64,000 nucleotides of DNA from a virus, in IMG/VR virus record IMGVR_UViG_3300045988_101454, positions 32,001-96,000 of that record; one strand, 5' to 3'. The translations under genes and the position numbers were made by a program. Shown here in pieces: positions 16,356 through 25,901 of this stretch (positions are counted from its first letter, which is position 1; every line of letters starts with the position of its first letter). The notes below the pieces were generated by a model. The model was not told where the DNA came from and ran no database searches. It was given only the letters and a program-made list of their open reading frames with translations.

Positions 16356-17282
16356 TCAAGGTGGCGGTGTGAACTTCCCTTGCGACTCTTCGGCTACGGA
16401 AATGTATGGCACCACTTCGTCGCGAATGATGTCGAGGAAGATTTGTGCGGCTCGCTTCTTTGGTACGTCCTGCATACAGTGGGCGTTGCTCATCAACTGC
16501 TGTTCGAGTCCGACGATGGGACGCGCTACAAGGGTAGGGTGGTTGCGCAGGTAGAGCTTAGGCATGAAGGTTATATACTTGGTTTCTTCCACCGAAGCAA
16601 GAGCTTCGTCAGGGTCGCTGATGATGCACTTGATGTTGAGCTTATATAGGTCGCGCTGTATGTATTGCTGAAAAGTCTCAATGGCACGCTCGCCTACGTC
16701 GGGCATGATGATGGGGTGCTTCAGAATGTCCTCATACGACACCTTTGAGAGCGAGGCAAGCGGATGGGTGTCGCGCATGATAGCATACACATTAAAAGGT
16801 ATGCAGGGTCTCGACTCTATTCCTTCGTGGCGGTATGCCATATTCATAGTGAAAGCGAGGTCTAACATGTGCGCCCTTAGCGATTGATTAAGAAGGTATG
16901 CTTTGGTGAAGTCGGCATTGATACGCACGTTGGGGTATCTCTCTATGAATATCAATGCTGCCATACGGACGTACGGAGCAATAAACGAACCTACGCCTAT
17001 ACGCAATTCGCCGGTCATGCAGTTGTTGAGGGCGTTGATTTGCTCCTTACAGTCCTCGGTCTGCTTCAGTATTTCTTTGGCGCGAGGCAACAGGGCTTCG
17101 CCACTTTCGGTGAGCATAATGCCGTGTGATGTGCGGATAAGCAGTTTGCAGCCCAACTCGTCCTCCAGGGCACGAATGTGCTGGCTTACCGCCGACTGGG
17201 TGACGCAACAACGTGTGGCAGCCGTACTAAACGACTTTGTTTCGGCGACATAAACAAAGGAGCGTAAATGTCTTAGTTCCAT
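16356..17282 (-). CDS. LysR-family transcriptional regulator
   Basis: 308 aa. The N-terminal wHTH is MELRHLRSFVYVAETKSFSTAATRCCVTQSAVSQHIRALEDELG, followed by a substrate-binding-type C-terminus. Confidence 0.9.
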   Translation of the reverse strand: MELRHLRSFVYVAETKSFSTAATRCCVTQSAVSQHIRALEDELGCKLLIRTSHGIMLTESGEALLPRAKEILKQTEDCKEQINALNNCMTGELRIGVGSFIAPYVRMAALIFIERYPNVRINADFTKAYLLNQSLRAHMLDLAFTMNMAYRHEGIESRPCIPFNVYAIMRDTHPLASLSKVSYEDILKHPIIMPDVGERAIETFQQYIQRDLYKLNIKCIISDPDEALASVEETKYITFMPKLYLRNHPTLVARPIVGLEQQLMSNAHCMQDVPKKRAAQIFLDIIRDEVVPYISVAEESQGKFTPPP

Positions 17283-17345
17283 AAACTCTATATTTTTAGT
17301 TATTCTACGTTTACAACAATGTAATTAAAAAGGCTTTTCTAATTA

Positions 17346-17353
17346 CAAAATTA
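17346..17353 (-). promoter_or_regulatory. Bacteroidota-type -7 box TAATTTTG for the LysR gene
   Basis: Matches TAnnTTTG about 60 nt upstream of the ATG, in an AT-rich spacer. Confidence 0.45.
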
Positions 17354-17444
17354 ACAACAATTATTCCATTTAGTTTGCATTTGATATTAAAAACACTAAT
17401 TTTAGTATTATTTTGTCAGAATACTAATATGTATATAATAAAAA

Positions 17445-17490
17445 ATCCCTGCATCTATACCTTTTATATATAAAGGATAGATGCAGGGAT
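17445..17490 (-). terminator. Strong intrinsic terminator after 17650-18213
   Basis: 19-bp stem with one bulge (ATCCCTGCATCTAT(A)CCTTT / AAAGGATAGATGCAGGGAT) followed by a U-run on the minus strand. Confidence 0.75.
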
Positions 17491-17649
17491 TTGTCGTATG
17501 ACAAAAAAATCTTTCTCGTATGAGCGATTATTTCTTGATCTTCTTTGCCGTTGTTCCTTCATCTTCGTCACTTGTGCTGAAGAAAGAAGAATCGGCATCG
17601 TCGAGCACTTCTTTTGCGATATTGTCCTCGCTCTGTGCGTCAATATCGC

Positions 17650-18213
17650 TTACTCTTTTTTTGAAGCGAGAAGCGAGTCCCAACCGCCAGTTTCAGGCTC
17701 TGCAATCTCATAGCGTCCGTATGCTGTGGGCTGGAGAGTTCCGCTACAAACAACGCTACGTTCATCGTCAGATTTTTTGCCCGTGTCGCCCTTAATGCCA
17801 CCGGAAGCGTACTCTACCTTATGCTGAGAATCGTACACGATGATGCTCTTTTCACCATCCTGGAAGATGTAGCCAAGGTCGAGGTTGTTCAGAGCACGCG
17901 CCACTTCTGCCGACTCTGCATTTACGCTTTCGAGTACATAGTCAATCTGCTGTTTATAACCGCCTCTTCTACCAAGTGACTCAAAAGAGTGTCCCTGGCT
18001 ACTCTCCTTACACTCGAATTTGTAAAGACCCTTACCAGTGTTGAACGACTCAGAGGTCAATGCAGGGTAGATGTTCTTTTCGGCCTTCAAGGGAGCTTTA
18101 AGGTCAGCCTTATTGAAGACGTAGACATTGACACCAAGACCGCCAAAATTCTCTAAGCATTCATTAGCTGCGAGGACGTCCTTAATCTCAGGACATATTG
18201 CTGTTACTGCCAT
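17650..18213 (-). CDS. Virion structural protein (follows capsid gene; role unknown)
   Basis: 187 aa. The call rests on its position immediately downstream of the capsid gene. Confidence 0.5.
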   Translation of the reverse strand: MAVTAICPEIKDVLAANECLENFGGLGVNVYVFNKADLKAPLKAEKNIYPALTSESFNTGKGLYKFECKESSQGHSFESLGRRGGYKQQIDYVLESVNAESAEVARALNNLDLGYIFQDGEKSIIVYDSQHKVEYASGGIKGDTGKKSDDERSVVCSGTLQPTAYGRYEIAEPETGGWDSLLASKKE

Positions 18214-18331
18214 ATTCTTATTAGTTTTTGTGTTGTTGTTTGGAAAAGAAGGGCGACGGGTTAGCGTGTTCCGTTAGGTCAGCCACGACCGTCGCCCAGA
18301 AAATATAGAGTGAAAGAAACTCCGTTAAGGA

Positions 18332-19621
18332 TTAGCCGTTCTTCTTGAAGAAGGCTGTCAAGCCCATGTTCATACCGGAAGCGGTAAGCTGGATTGTCTT
18401 ATCGGTCTTGCCGTTGCTCCATGACACGAACTTGTAAGTTGTGCTGTCTTCAGCTACGAGAGAGATAATCTGGTTGGGAGTCGTCTCAATCGGAGTCTTG
18501 TATTCTACGCCGTCCACCTTAACCTTTGCGTCAATATTGCCTGTGTCTGAGTCAGAATGAGCAAGAGTAACAACGAGGTTAGAGTTGGTGTAGTCGCCCG
18601 ACTGGAAGTCTGTGCTCTGAAGGGGACCGTCTGTGACGGCAAACGAATGAGACAGGGTTGACGCTACCATTGCTCCCTGAATTGACTGACACTGGAAAAC
18701 AATGTCTCTCAAATCGTTGTCAGAGCCAAGATGCACTTCAACGAAAGTCTGGTTGCTCTCGGTGTCAACAGCATAAATAAGGTTGCCCTCTACTGAGAAG
18801 ATGATGCGGTCGCCAACACCCATGCCTTCAACAGGCGCGATGGTGAGCTTTGGCAGCTCGGGGATGATGTAGTTGCCACCATCCACAACGTCGAGCTTGT
18901 GTGTGCCGTATGACTGAAGAGCATAACCGTCAGCAATGTTGATGGCTGTCTCGGGAGTCATATAGGCGTAAACCTTCTGACGACGCAGACGTGGATCAAG
19001 GCTCATATAAGCATCACGGAAGTTCTTGTAAGCCGATGAGTCGGTAGCGTCGGCAGGAGCCGAGATTGCCTCACAGTGAATGAGGTTGTGGTTAGCCTCG
19101 CTGATGACGCCGTCCTCGATGTCGTGCTTGATGCAAGTGATGAAACCGTCGTAAAGGCCCATTGCCTTCTTCTCCTCCGATGCACCTGGCACGTCGTTGT
19201 CGATGTCACCCCACCAGAGGTTGTTATAAAGGTCGTCGGCGTGAGTCTTGATTACTGCTTCCACTGCCACCGTAGAGAGAGGATAGGCACCCTGCGCGTC
19301 TACGCCGAATACCGTCTCACAGTAGTGGTCGATATTGTCAGTGCCCTTAAACCAGGCGAGTTTAGCTGTCAAAACACGCTCCTTGAGGAATCCGATTGTG
19401 CCGTTCATGGTCGGGTTCATGTCCTTACGGCGAGTAGTGCCACCCTTGCGGACGAACACGTTCATTGTGCGCTTGTACTGGACTCCGCTAATAGTCTTGA
19501 TGCCGAGTCGCTTCATCTCCTCGGGATTAGCAAAAGCAGGACCCTGTACTACACTTGCGAATACTTGATTAGCCACTTCCTGAAGTGCGCTGATACCAAT
19601 AAAGTCTTTAGGTGTTGCCAT
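18332..19621 (-). CDS. Major capsid protein (putative)
   Basis: 429 aa, immediately after the protease-scaffold gene. The call rests on position, size and composition. Confidence 0.65.
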   Translation of the reverse strand: MATPKDFIGISALQEVANQVFASVVQGPAFANPEEMKRLGIKTISGVQYKRTMNVFVRKGGTTRRKDMNPTMNGTIGFLKERVLTAKLAWFKGTDNIDHYCETVFGVDAQGAYPLSTVAVEAVIKTHADDLYNNLWWGDIDNDVPGASEEKKAMGLYDGFITCIKHDIEDGVISEANHNLIHCEAISAPADATDSSAYKNFRDAYMSLDPRLRRQKVYAYMTPETAINIADGYALQSYGTHKLDVVDGGNYIIPELPKLTIAPVEGMGVGDRIIFSVEGNLIYAVDTESNQTFVEVHLGSDNDLRDIVFQCQSIQGAMVASTLSHSFAVTDGPLQSTDFQSGDYTNSNLVVTLAHSDSDTGNIDAKVKVDGVEYKTPIETTPNQIISLVAEDSTTYKFVSWSNGKTDKTIQLTASGMNMGLTAFFKKNG

Positions 19622-19679
19622 AGTCTTGTTTAATTTTTGTGTTGGTTGTGTTTTGTAATTGTCTTGTGTTGTTGTGTTG

Positions 19680-21386
19680 TTAGAGGATGCCGTTCTTACG
19701 CTTGTATTCCTCGATGGCTTTCTTAGAGCCTACGGGGTCGGCTTGGTTCCATTTGGGATAGCCGGTCTGAACATGTTGGATGTTAGCTCCCTCGCCATTG
19801 TTCTCAGGAGCCTCGCCAGCGTTCTGCTCAGTGCCAGCATCGTGGGTCAGCTCGTCAATCTGAGCCTGCTTGTCGGCAATGGTCTGCTCGGCTGTAGCAA
19901 GTGCGTCCTTAGCAGTCTGAAGGTTTGCCTCGGCATCAGTCTTGTCGACTGTGAGCTGGGCAATCTCCTTTTTCTTTGCCTCGGCGAGAGCATTCAACTC
20001 GTCGCCCTTTTTAGCAATGGCATCGGCGTGCCGTGCGTTAAGGTCGCTCAGTTCTTTACTGTGAGCCACCTTGGCTTGGGCGAGTGCGGTCTCCGCGACT
20101 TTCTTAGCTTCGTTGGCTGCGTTTACTTGAGCGGAGAGGTCATCAAACTTGCCCTGCAATTTTGCGAGAGCGTTCTCCGCTGTGGTGGCTTTCTGCTCGG
20201 CATCAGTCACCTTCTGCTCGGCCTCCTTCATGTGGGCTTCGAGAGAGTCAAGAAGAGAGGCGTTCATATACGCGCCCTCTTCCGTAACGGCAATCTCGCC
20301 AGCCTGCAGTCCGCAAGCAGAGCAAATCAATGGGTAATTCTCCATGTTTATATTTGTGTTTGTGTTGGTTGCTGTCTGTTCCGGCTCGACTGTAGGCTCG
20401 GCTTCGGGGGTCTGCTCTGGGTCACCATTAGGCTCGGCTGTCTGCTCACGGTTGATAAGTTCGGCTCTGCCGTCATAAAGTTCAAAGGCGTGTTGCACCA
20501 CTTCCATAAATGATGACTGACCATCCATCAAAATGCCCTTCACGTCCTCGGCATTGAACACCTTGCCATGCAGGTGCTCGTCGGTAGCATTGGGGCAAGC
20601 TTTCTTTACGTCGGCACGAAACTCAACGCCAAGATCGGCAAGCTCCTTGATAAGTTCCTTGTCATCATCCTTATTAGCAATGTCGCGGTAAGCCTTGTTC
20701 TTGTCAAACGACTTCGGATCATAAAGCTCGTGATAAGTTTCATCGGTAAATTGGTCTACTGTGCCATCAGCAAGAGTATAGAACGCTGCCATTACGCCGA
20801 TGCAACCAACCTGGTCTTTCGGATTCATGTAATAGCGTTCGTCGCAAAGCGAAGCGAGGTACATTCCAGCCGAAGCACAAAGACCATCAACCAAGGCAAT
20901 GACCTTCTGACCCTTTGAGTGGGCATAGTCGATAGCAAGAGCATAATCGTTCTTTGCCCAAGCAGAACCGCCAGGAGTGTTGATGATGAAAACATGACCA
21001 CGACAAAGAGGATGATCGGCTGCTCGCATCATCATGTCGCGATGGTCGATAGAGCCATACGAACAATAGCCGCCGTTGCGTGTGATAGGGCCGTCAACAG
21101 TAAGAACCGAAACGAAAGGAAACGTCTGCGCATCCTCGTCATCAGCAGGGAGGGTAAGACACCAGTTGCCTCTCACCTGTGTACCATCCTCTGAAACCTG
21201 ATATTCCTCTGGATAATAGATGTTGCCATCCTTATCCTTAGCTGTGACATAGCCACAAGTCTTCTCCGGCTTGCTGAAAGTCGCATGAGTATTCAGATTA
21301 TGCTCAAGCGACTTGCGAATACCATGCACAAAGTCGGGACTGACCATCCACTTCTTTTCGGTAAGTATTTCAAATAAGCCTTTCAT
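19680..21386 (-). CDS. Prohead protease (S49/ClpP-like) fused to coiled-coil scaffold
   Basis: IINTPGGSAWAKNDYALAIDYAHSKGQKVIALVDGLCASAGMYLASLCD, with an Ala/Lys/Glu-rich coiled coil at the C-terminus. Confidence 0.75.
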   Translation of the reverse strand: MKGLFEILTEKKWMVSPDFVHGIRKSLEHNLNTHATFSKPEKTCGYVTAKDKDGNIYYPEEYQVSEDGTQVRGNWCLTLPADDEDAQTFPFVSVLTVDGPITRNGGYCSYGSIDHRDMMMRAADHPLCRGHVFIINTPGGSAWAKNDYALAIDYAHSKGQKVIALVDGLCASAGMYLASLCDERYYMNPKDQVGCIGVMAAFYTLADGTVDQFTDETYHELYDPKSFDKNKAYRDIANKDDDKELIKELADLGVEFRADVKKACPNATDEHLHGKVFNAEDVKGILMDGQSSFMEVVQHAFELYDGRAELINREQTAEPNGDPEQTPEAEPTVEPEQTATNTNTNINMENYPLICSACGLQAGEIAVTEEGAYMNASLLDSLEAHMKEAEQKVTDAEQKATTAENALAKLQGKFDDLSAQVNAANEAKKVAETALAQAKVAHSKELSDLNARHADAIAKKGDELNALAEAKKKEIAQLTVDKTDAEANLQTAKDALATAEQTIADKQAQIDELTHDAGTEQNAGEAPENNGEGANIQHVQTGYPKWNQADPVGSKKAIEEYKRKNGIL

Positions 21387-21460
21387 TAGTAAAATCTGTG
21401 TTTTGTGTTGTGTTATCCTGAATACAACCCTTTTACCTGGTTGCCTGTGTTATCCGTATG

Positions 21461-21468
21461 CAAAATTA
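21461..21468 (-). promoter_or_regulatory. -7 box TAATTTTG upstream of head-gene block
   Basis: Matches TAnnTTTG about 75 nt upstream of the ATG at 21386, just after a terminator. Confidence 0.45.
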
Positions 21469-21494
21469 AAGACCAAGGTTTTTAACATTAGGAC

Positions 21495-21526
21495 AAAAAA
21501 AGCCGCCATTCTCACGAATAGCGGCT
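21495..21526 (-). terminator. Intrinsic terminator after 21570-22061
   Basis: Stem AGCCGC/GCGGCT followed by U7 on the minus strand. Confidence 0.6.
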
Positions 21527-21569
21527 CAAACATTATATTATAAGGTATCAAAAAAATGGCTCACATCTT

Positions 21570-22061
21570 TTATTCTCGAAGCGTGATAGGTATTGGCTCC
21601 GACAAGGCTTGTGTGGTGGCTGGGAAGGTTCGCGCCAACTCAGTCTGGCTATTATCCGAGGTGCCACCAATACCGAATGTATGGGGTAGGGTGTAGCATA
21701 ACTGCAACGAACCGTCCAGCTTGCGCAACACCACATAATACTCCTTATCGCGCATATTTCTGTAGGCTTCACGCACATTTTCGCCTCCATTTACCACATT
21801 AGCACTAATATCATAGGTATATATAGTGCCATTGCCCTGTTTGGCGAGCGTCATCTTCACTTTAAGATTCTCTACAATAACGTAGTTTTCGCCACTCGTA
21901 GCCAAGCGCAAAGCAGGCTCGGCAGGCAAACTACAATTATTGATATATAACACTTGTGCCATATTGAACGGCACAGGGATTACACACTCTTCCATTGGAT
22001 AAAACATTACATCGGTAATGCCATCAAGGAACAATTCTTTGCATTTATTGGGTAGTTGCAT
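21570..22061 (-). CDS. Hypothetical protein
   Basis: 163 aa ORF. Confidence 0.5.
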   Translation of the reverse strand: MQLPNKCKELFLDGITDVMFYPMEECVIPVPFNMAQVLYINNCSLPAEPALRLATSGENYVIVENLKVKMTLAKQGNGTIYTYDISANVVNGGENVREAYRNMRDKEYYVVLRKLDGSLQLCYTLPHTFGIGGTSDNSQTELARTFPATTQALSEPIPITLRE

Positions 22062-22130
22062 TTTTGTACACCTAAAATGGTTGTTTTTTAAATTGTTTTA
22101 AACTTCAATTTAACTCTTGTTTACATTGCC

Positions 22131-22865
22131 CTAATCATCGAACAATACATCATCTACAAAGTAAACCTTCTCGCTGTCATCTATGTACTGCATATCAGCG
22201 CATGAATAGGCTTTGAAATTGCTATGATCCGAGCTTAGCCATCGATTGATGATGCGACGCAGGGTGTCTTTTTCGTTCTCGTTCTGGTCTATGCCATAGC
22301 GCATCAAGAAACGCTCAAGCATGGCTGTCTGACGACGGCAAATTATACGCTTGTTGGATGTGCAATAGTCGAATGTGGCTAAAGCCCATTCTACGACACT
22401 ACGCTTAAAATCGTCGTTCAGCATGATAAGCAACTGACGGATGCCGCGCGTACTCAGATTCCATGCCGGCGTGACCTGACGAACCACGTCTATCACCTCT
22501 ACCTCCGAAGGTAGCTTTATACACAAATAGTCTTCTTTGTCGCTCTTAGAATATTCCTGTATTCCATTAAACCGTTGCACCTCGTCAAAAGACAGGTATT
22601 CATGCGAATCGCGCTTTGTGACAATCTCGCCACCGTTGGGGTGTTTGCCTTGCATCATGTTACGCCATTGTTGATGTGAGAAGCATTGCGGATTCACCTT
22701 TTGTGCAACGGCAGGAATGTTGGTTATATACTTGCGCAGTACGAAGTGGTGAGGCATATACGGACTAAACACCAACGGCTCGTCCTTGGCAAGCACGTGC
22801 TTGGAGTCGCGATTGCGAAAAAACTGGCAGCGACTGGTAGGTAGGCGAAGGTAAATGTTAGGCAT
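22131..22865 (-). CDS. Hypothetical protein
   Basis: 244 aa ORF that ends in TAG. Confidence 0.55.
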   Translation of the reverse strand: MPNIYLRLPTSRCQFFRNRDSKHVLAKDEPLVFSPYMPHHFVLRKYITNIPAVAQKVNPQCFSHQQWRNMMQGKHPNGGEIVTKRDSHEYLSFDEVQRFNGIQEYSKSDKEDYLCIKLPSEVEVIDVVRQVTPAWNLSTRGIRQLLIMLNDDFKRSVVEWALATFDYCTSNKRIICRRQTAMLERFLMRYGIDQNENEKDTLRRIINRWLSSDHSNFKAYSCADMQYIDDSEKVYFVDDVLFDD

Positions 22866-22873
22866 AACGTTTA

Positions 22874-23827
22874 TTATTTTGGTTTGGGCCGTTTGTATTG
22901 GCTCATAATTAAATCGGTGGCATTGAAGCTGTAGCGCAATGCGGTATCGGTCATGCTGTTCGACTGCATGTTGCCAACCACTTTTTCTACCTTCTCGATG
23001 TCGTTACGACTAAGACGGAGACAGAGCTGCGCCATGTCAATATAGCAACCTCCCGACTCGGTATGACCGATAACGCTCATGTCAAACTTCTCGTTACGGG
23101 CAAAGAATTGGTTAAGGCCTTCTATGAGGTCGGCTTCAGTGTAAATGGGCGAGGCTGGGTGCATCTTACGATACTTAGTAGAATACGTCTTCAAACGTTT
23201 TTCGACATAGCTGTAGATGGAGTCGGCATATTCGTAGAACAAATCTCCCTCACAAGAATCTACATCTTTCGGTCCCGCCGACCGGAAATAGCCACGTAGT
23301 TGATGAAGCACCTGCGAGACAGTATCAAACTGATTGAACTCTATATGACCCTTGAAAATGTCAAGCATATCGCCACGAATGTCAGTGGCTATACGGTCAA
23401 GACACTCTGCAAGAAATGTCAGTCGGTCGAGTCGGGAAGCAAGCAAGTCAACCTTCTCCTTCATACCTGGCTTTGAATAGTCAACATAATACTTTAGCAA
23501 GGTAGAGAAATTCATAAAGTCGTAACTGACATCAGAGCGCAAATTAGTTAGCACCATCGTAGCATACATTATGTCTGCCAAACGACGGTCATGCTGTTGG
23601 ATGGTGCGCAACAGATTACTCATTTCGCTTGTGCCAATACGCATACGTTTGCTTGTCTCAACAAGTCGGTTACGTTTTTCCACAGCGTCCAGATAATCGG
23701 GGTTATGGAAAAGAGCATCAAGCGACTTGGCATATTGCGTTGACGGAACATCCTTGAAATGGAATTGATAGACCGTAGGTTGCTGGCGCACAAATTCCTC
23801 TCGGTCGGGAAGCGGTTTTTTACTCAT
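22874..23827 (-). CDS. Hypothetical protein
   Basis: 317 aa ORF. Confidence 0.55.
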   Translation of the reverse strand: MSKKPLPDREEFVRQQPTVYQFHFKDVPSTQYAKSLDALFHNPDYLDAVEKRNRLVETSKRMRIGTSEMSNLLRTIQQHDRRLADIMYATMVLTNLRSDVSYDFMNFSTLLKYYVDYSKPGMKEKVDLLASRLDRLTFLAECLDRIATDIRGDMLDIFKGHIEFNQFDTVSQVLHQLRGYFRSAGPKDVDSCEGDLFYEYADSIYSYVEKRLKTYSTKYRKMHPASPIYTEADLIEGLNQFFARNEKFDMSVIGHTESGGCYIDMAQLCLRLSRNDIEKVEKVVGNMQSNSMTDTALRYSFNATDLIMSQYKRPKPK

Positions 23828-23870
23828 AATTTCTCCTATTTATCATAAGGTCGATTACCGGATGAAATTA

Positions 23871-24260
23871 CTAACGTTCGTCACCGTCGCCAGCAATGAC
23901 ATTTCGTTGCTTGCGTGAGGCAAGTTTTGCGAGGTTTTCTTCAGCCACTTCTTCGAGCGTGACACCCATCACCTTGGCAAGTCCGGCAGTCTGCCAGAGA
24001 ATATCGCCGATTTCAGAGAGCATAAGATGACGTTCCTCGTCAGATACGTTCCACACCTGCGTATGAAGGATTTTGCCTTCCTCGTCGCGTTGTGTTGTGG
24101 TTATATGCAGCTTGCCTTTACGCATGTGCTTGCCGGCTTTGCTTGCAAACTCGCCAACCTCACCTACGAGATTGGCAAGCATATAGAAAAGATTGTCGCT
24201 CTCAGGCATACAAGTACTCATAGCCTTGTCCTGATATTCGTTTAATGTTAAATTTGCCAT
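23871..24260 (-). CDS. MazG-like nucleoside triphosphate pyrophosphohydrolase
   Basis: LNEYQDKAMSTCMP...LANLVGEVGEFASKAGKHMRKG...EIGDILWQTAGLAKVMG. It ends TAG TAA. Confidence 0.75.
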   Translation of the reverse strand: MANLTLNEYQDKAMSTCMPESDNLFYMLANLVGEVGEFASKAGKHMRKGKLHITTTQRDEEGKILHTQVWNVSDEERHLMLSEIGDILWQTAGLAKVMGVTLEEVAEENLAKLASRKQRNVIAGDGDER

Positions 24261-24284
24261 GATATATATTGTTTGAATTGTTAA

Positions 24285-25181
24285 TTAAATTTCAAAACTC
24301 GGAATATACTGCTGCATTCTATCATTAATGATTCTACTGATTTGTTTTGCTACGATAGAAGCGTCAGGATGTGCGATTCCAGTTTTATTGCGTAAGCGCA
24401 TATCCAAAATATGCTTCCACTCACTAAGAGTGTATGTATAACCACAAATGGTATAGGTATTAAAAGTTAGGTTCCCCCTTGCATCTTCAGGTTTTAGACC
24501 TGTAAATATCAAGAACTTATAAACCTTCTCTGCCACCCAATAGCCAAAATGAGAAGCCCAAAGTTGATAACACTTAGCTTGTTCCTCCCAATGTGGGCGA
24601 CAAATTTGTACGCCACCTTTCCGTGAAAGGTTTACATAACGTGTACTTTGTTCAGCTATACAATTTGGTGATTTTCGATTATACGACTCTCCTTGTATGC
24701 GTTGCGTTGTCACTACCAGCGTCATGCGGATAATGGAGAATGCCTCCTCACACTTATACTTCTGAGCCTTCTCGATAAACTCGTCTTCGCTGACACCATA
24801 TTGACTAAGCGCGTCCATCAGTTTCTTGTTCTCAAGCAAGAACTGCATATTAGTGCTGATCCATACTTTGTGGTTCTTTGTGGCATAGTCGATGTAGGGC
24901 GAAGCATTCAGATACGCCCAAATGTAGTTAGGGAGACCCTTTTCATTGGGCATGAAGAAGTAGACGGTGCCGTGGCGATACATCGAGCGATGTCCGCTTT
25001 CCCAGAAGCCCTTGCAGCGTTCTTCGTCGCGATTCTGAATGAACGCTTCCACTTCCTCTTCGGTCATTCCTTCTTCGGGCTGCTTGCCCTTAGCCTTGTA
25101 GCATATTCTGCCCACTCTTGCTATATGTTGTGCAAGAGAGGTCTGCTGCCACCATTCTACTTGTGGCTCGGTGAATTTCAT
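24285..25181 (-). CDS. ThyX-like (flavin-dependent thymidylate synthase fold) protein with divergent signature
   Basis: ESGHRSMYRHGTVYF, IAEQSTRYV and EDARGNLTFNTYT resemble ThyX blocks. NRK sits where the canonical RHR would be. Confidence 0.55.
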   Translation of the reverse strand: MKFTEPQVEWWQQTSLAQHIARVGRICYKAKGKQPEEGMTEEEVEAFIQNRDEERCKGFWESGHRSMYRHGTVYFFMPNEKGLPNYIWAYLNASPYIDYATKNHKVWISTNMQFLLENKKLMDALSQYGVSEDEFIEKAQKYKCEEAFSIIRMTLVVTTQRIQGESYNRKSPNCIAEQSTRYVNLSRKGGVQICRPHWEEQAKCYQLWASHFGYWVAEKVYKFLIFTGLKPEDARGNLTFNTYTICGYTYTLSEWKHILDMRLRNKTGIAHPDASIVAKQISRIINDRMQQYIPSFEI

Positions 25182-25236
25182 TGCTTATGAATTTTAGTTG
25201 ATTATTTAATAGATAGTGCATTCTCATTCTCGATGC

Positions 25237-25734
25237 TTACACAATCATGTATCTCACACGCTGCACTTCTTCCAGCAAGTCGCTTGGCGAATCGTTGTTG
25301 AAGATTACCGCGTTGAAGAACGACAACGGCAGACGCTTGCGCTGCTTGTCACGTGCCATGCGCTCAGGAGTAACGCCTCGGCGAAGACGTGTGCGCTCTT
25401 TAGCCGACACGCAAATATTGAACAGCTCGATGTCGGGGAATTTCTTGCACAAGGCTTTCAGACCGTCTTCGTCAATGACGTAAATAGCCTTGTCACCCAC
25501 CTGCTCAACGGTGGTCCAATATTCATAGCCGCCATACTGCGTATATGCCAGCATCTTGTCATGCGGCACATCACACTTCTCCACAAAGTGATGTTCCACG
25601 CCATCAATCTCGCCTTCACGCTTCGGACGGGTGGTATAAGAACATATCACTTTATAGCCACCCAAGTCGGACAGCATCCGAGCCACAGTGTCCTTTCCTG
25701 CACCACTCGGACCGGTAATTGTTATTAGTTTCAT
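25237..25734 (-). CDS. Guanylate-kinase-family nucleoside monophosphate kinase
   Basis: MKLITITGPSGAGKDTV and SYTTRPKREGEIDGVEHHFV. I prefer the ATG at 25732-25734. Confidence 0.8.
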   Translation of the reverse strand: MKLITITGPSGAGKDTVARMLSDLGGYKVICSYTTRPKREGEIDGVEHHFVEKCDVPHDKMLAYTQYGGYEYWTTVEQVGDKAIYVIDEDGLKALCKKFPDIELFNICVSAKERTRLRRGVTPERMARDKQRKRLPLSFFNAVIFNNDSPSDLLEEVQRVRYMIV

Positions 25735-25901
25735 ATCTCGTTTTTGTTTGAATTTTAACATTTGAGGAGTCATAGGACAATCATAGAACAACCGTAAGAC
25801 AACCGTAAGACACGCATAGAACACGTTTTAGCCCTCTTTTGCCCTGTTTTCGAGATTTTGATTTAACACTTGTAAAAAGTGTTTATGCCAAATACACTGT
25901 T

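Noticed and set aside
19659-20513. Long plus-strand ORFs antisense to minus-strand genes (for example 19659-20513, 53581-54324, 28135-28452, 32722-33264, 41236-41604 and others in the track).
   Set aside because: Their translations are low-complexity or Leu/Val/Arg/Ser-rich and lie entirely inside longer ORFs with recognisable domains on the other strand. They are shadow ORFs.
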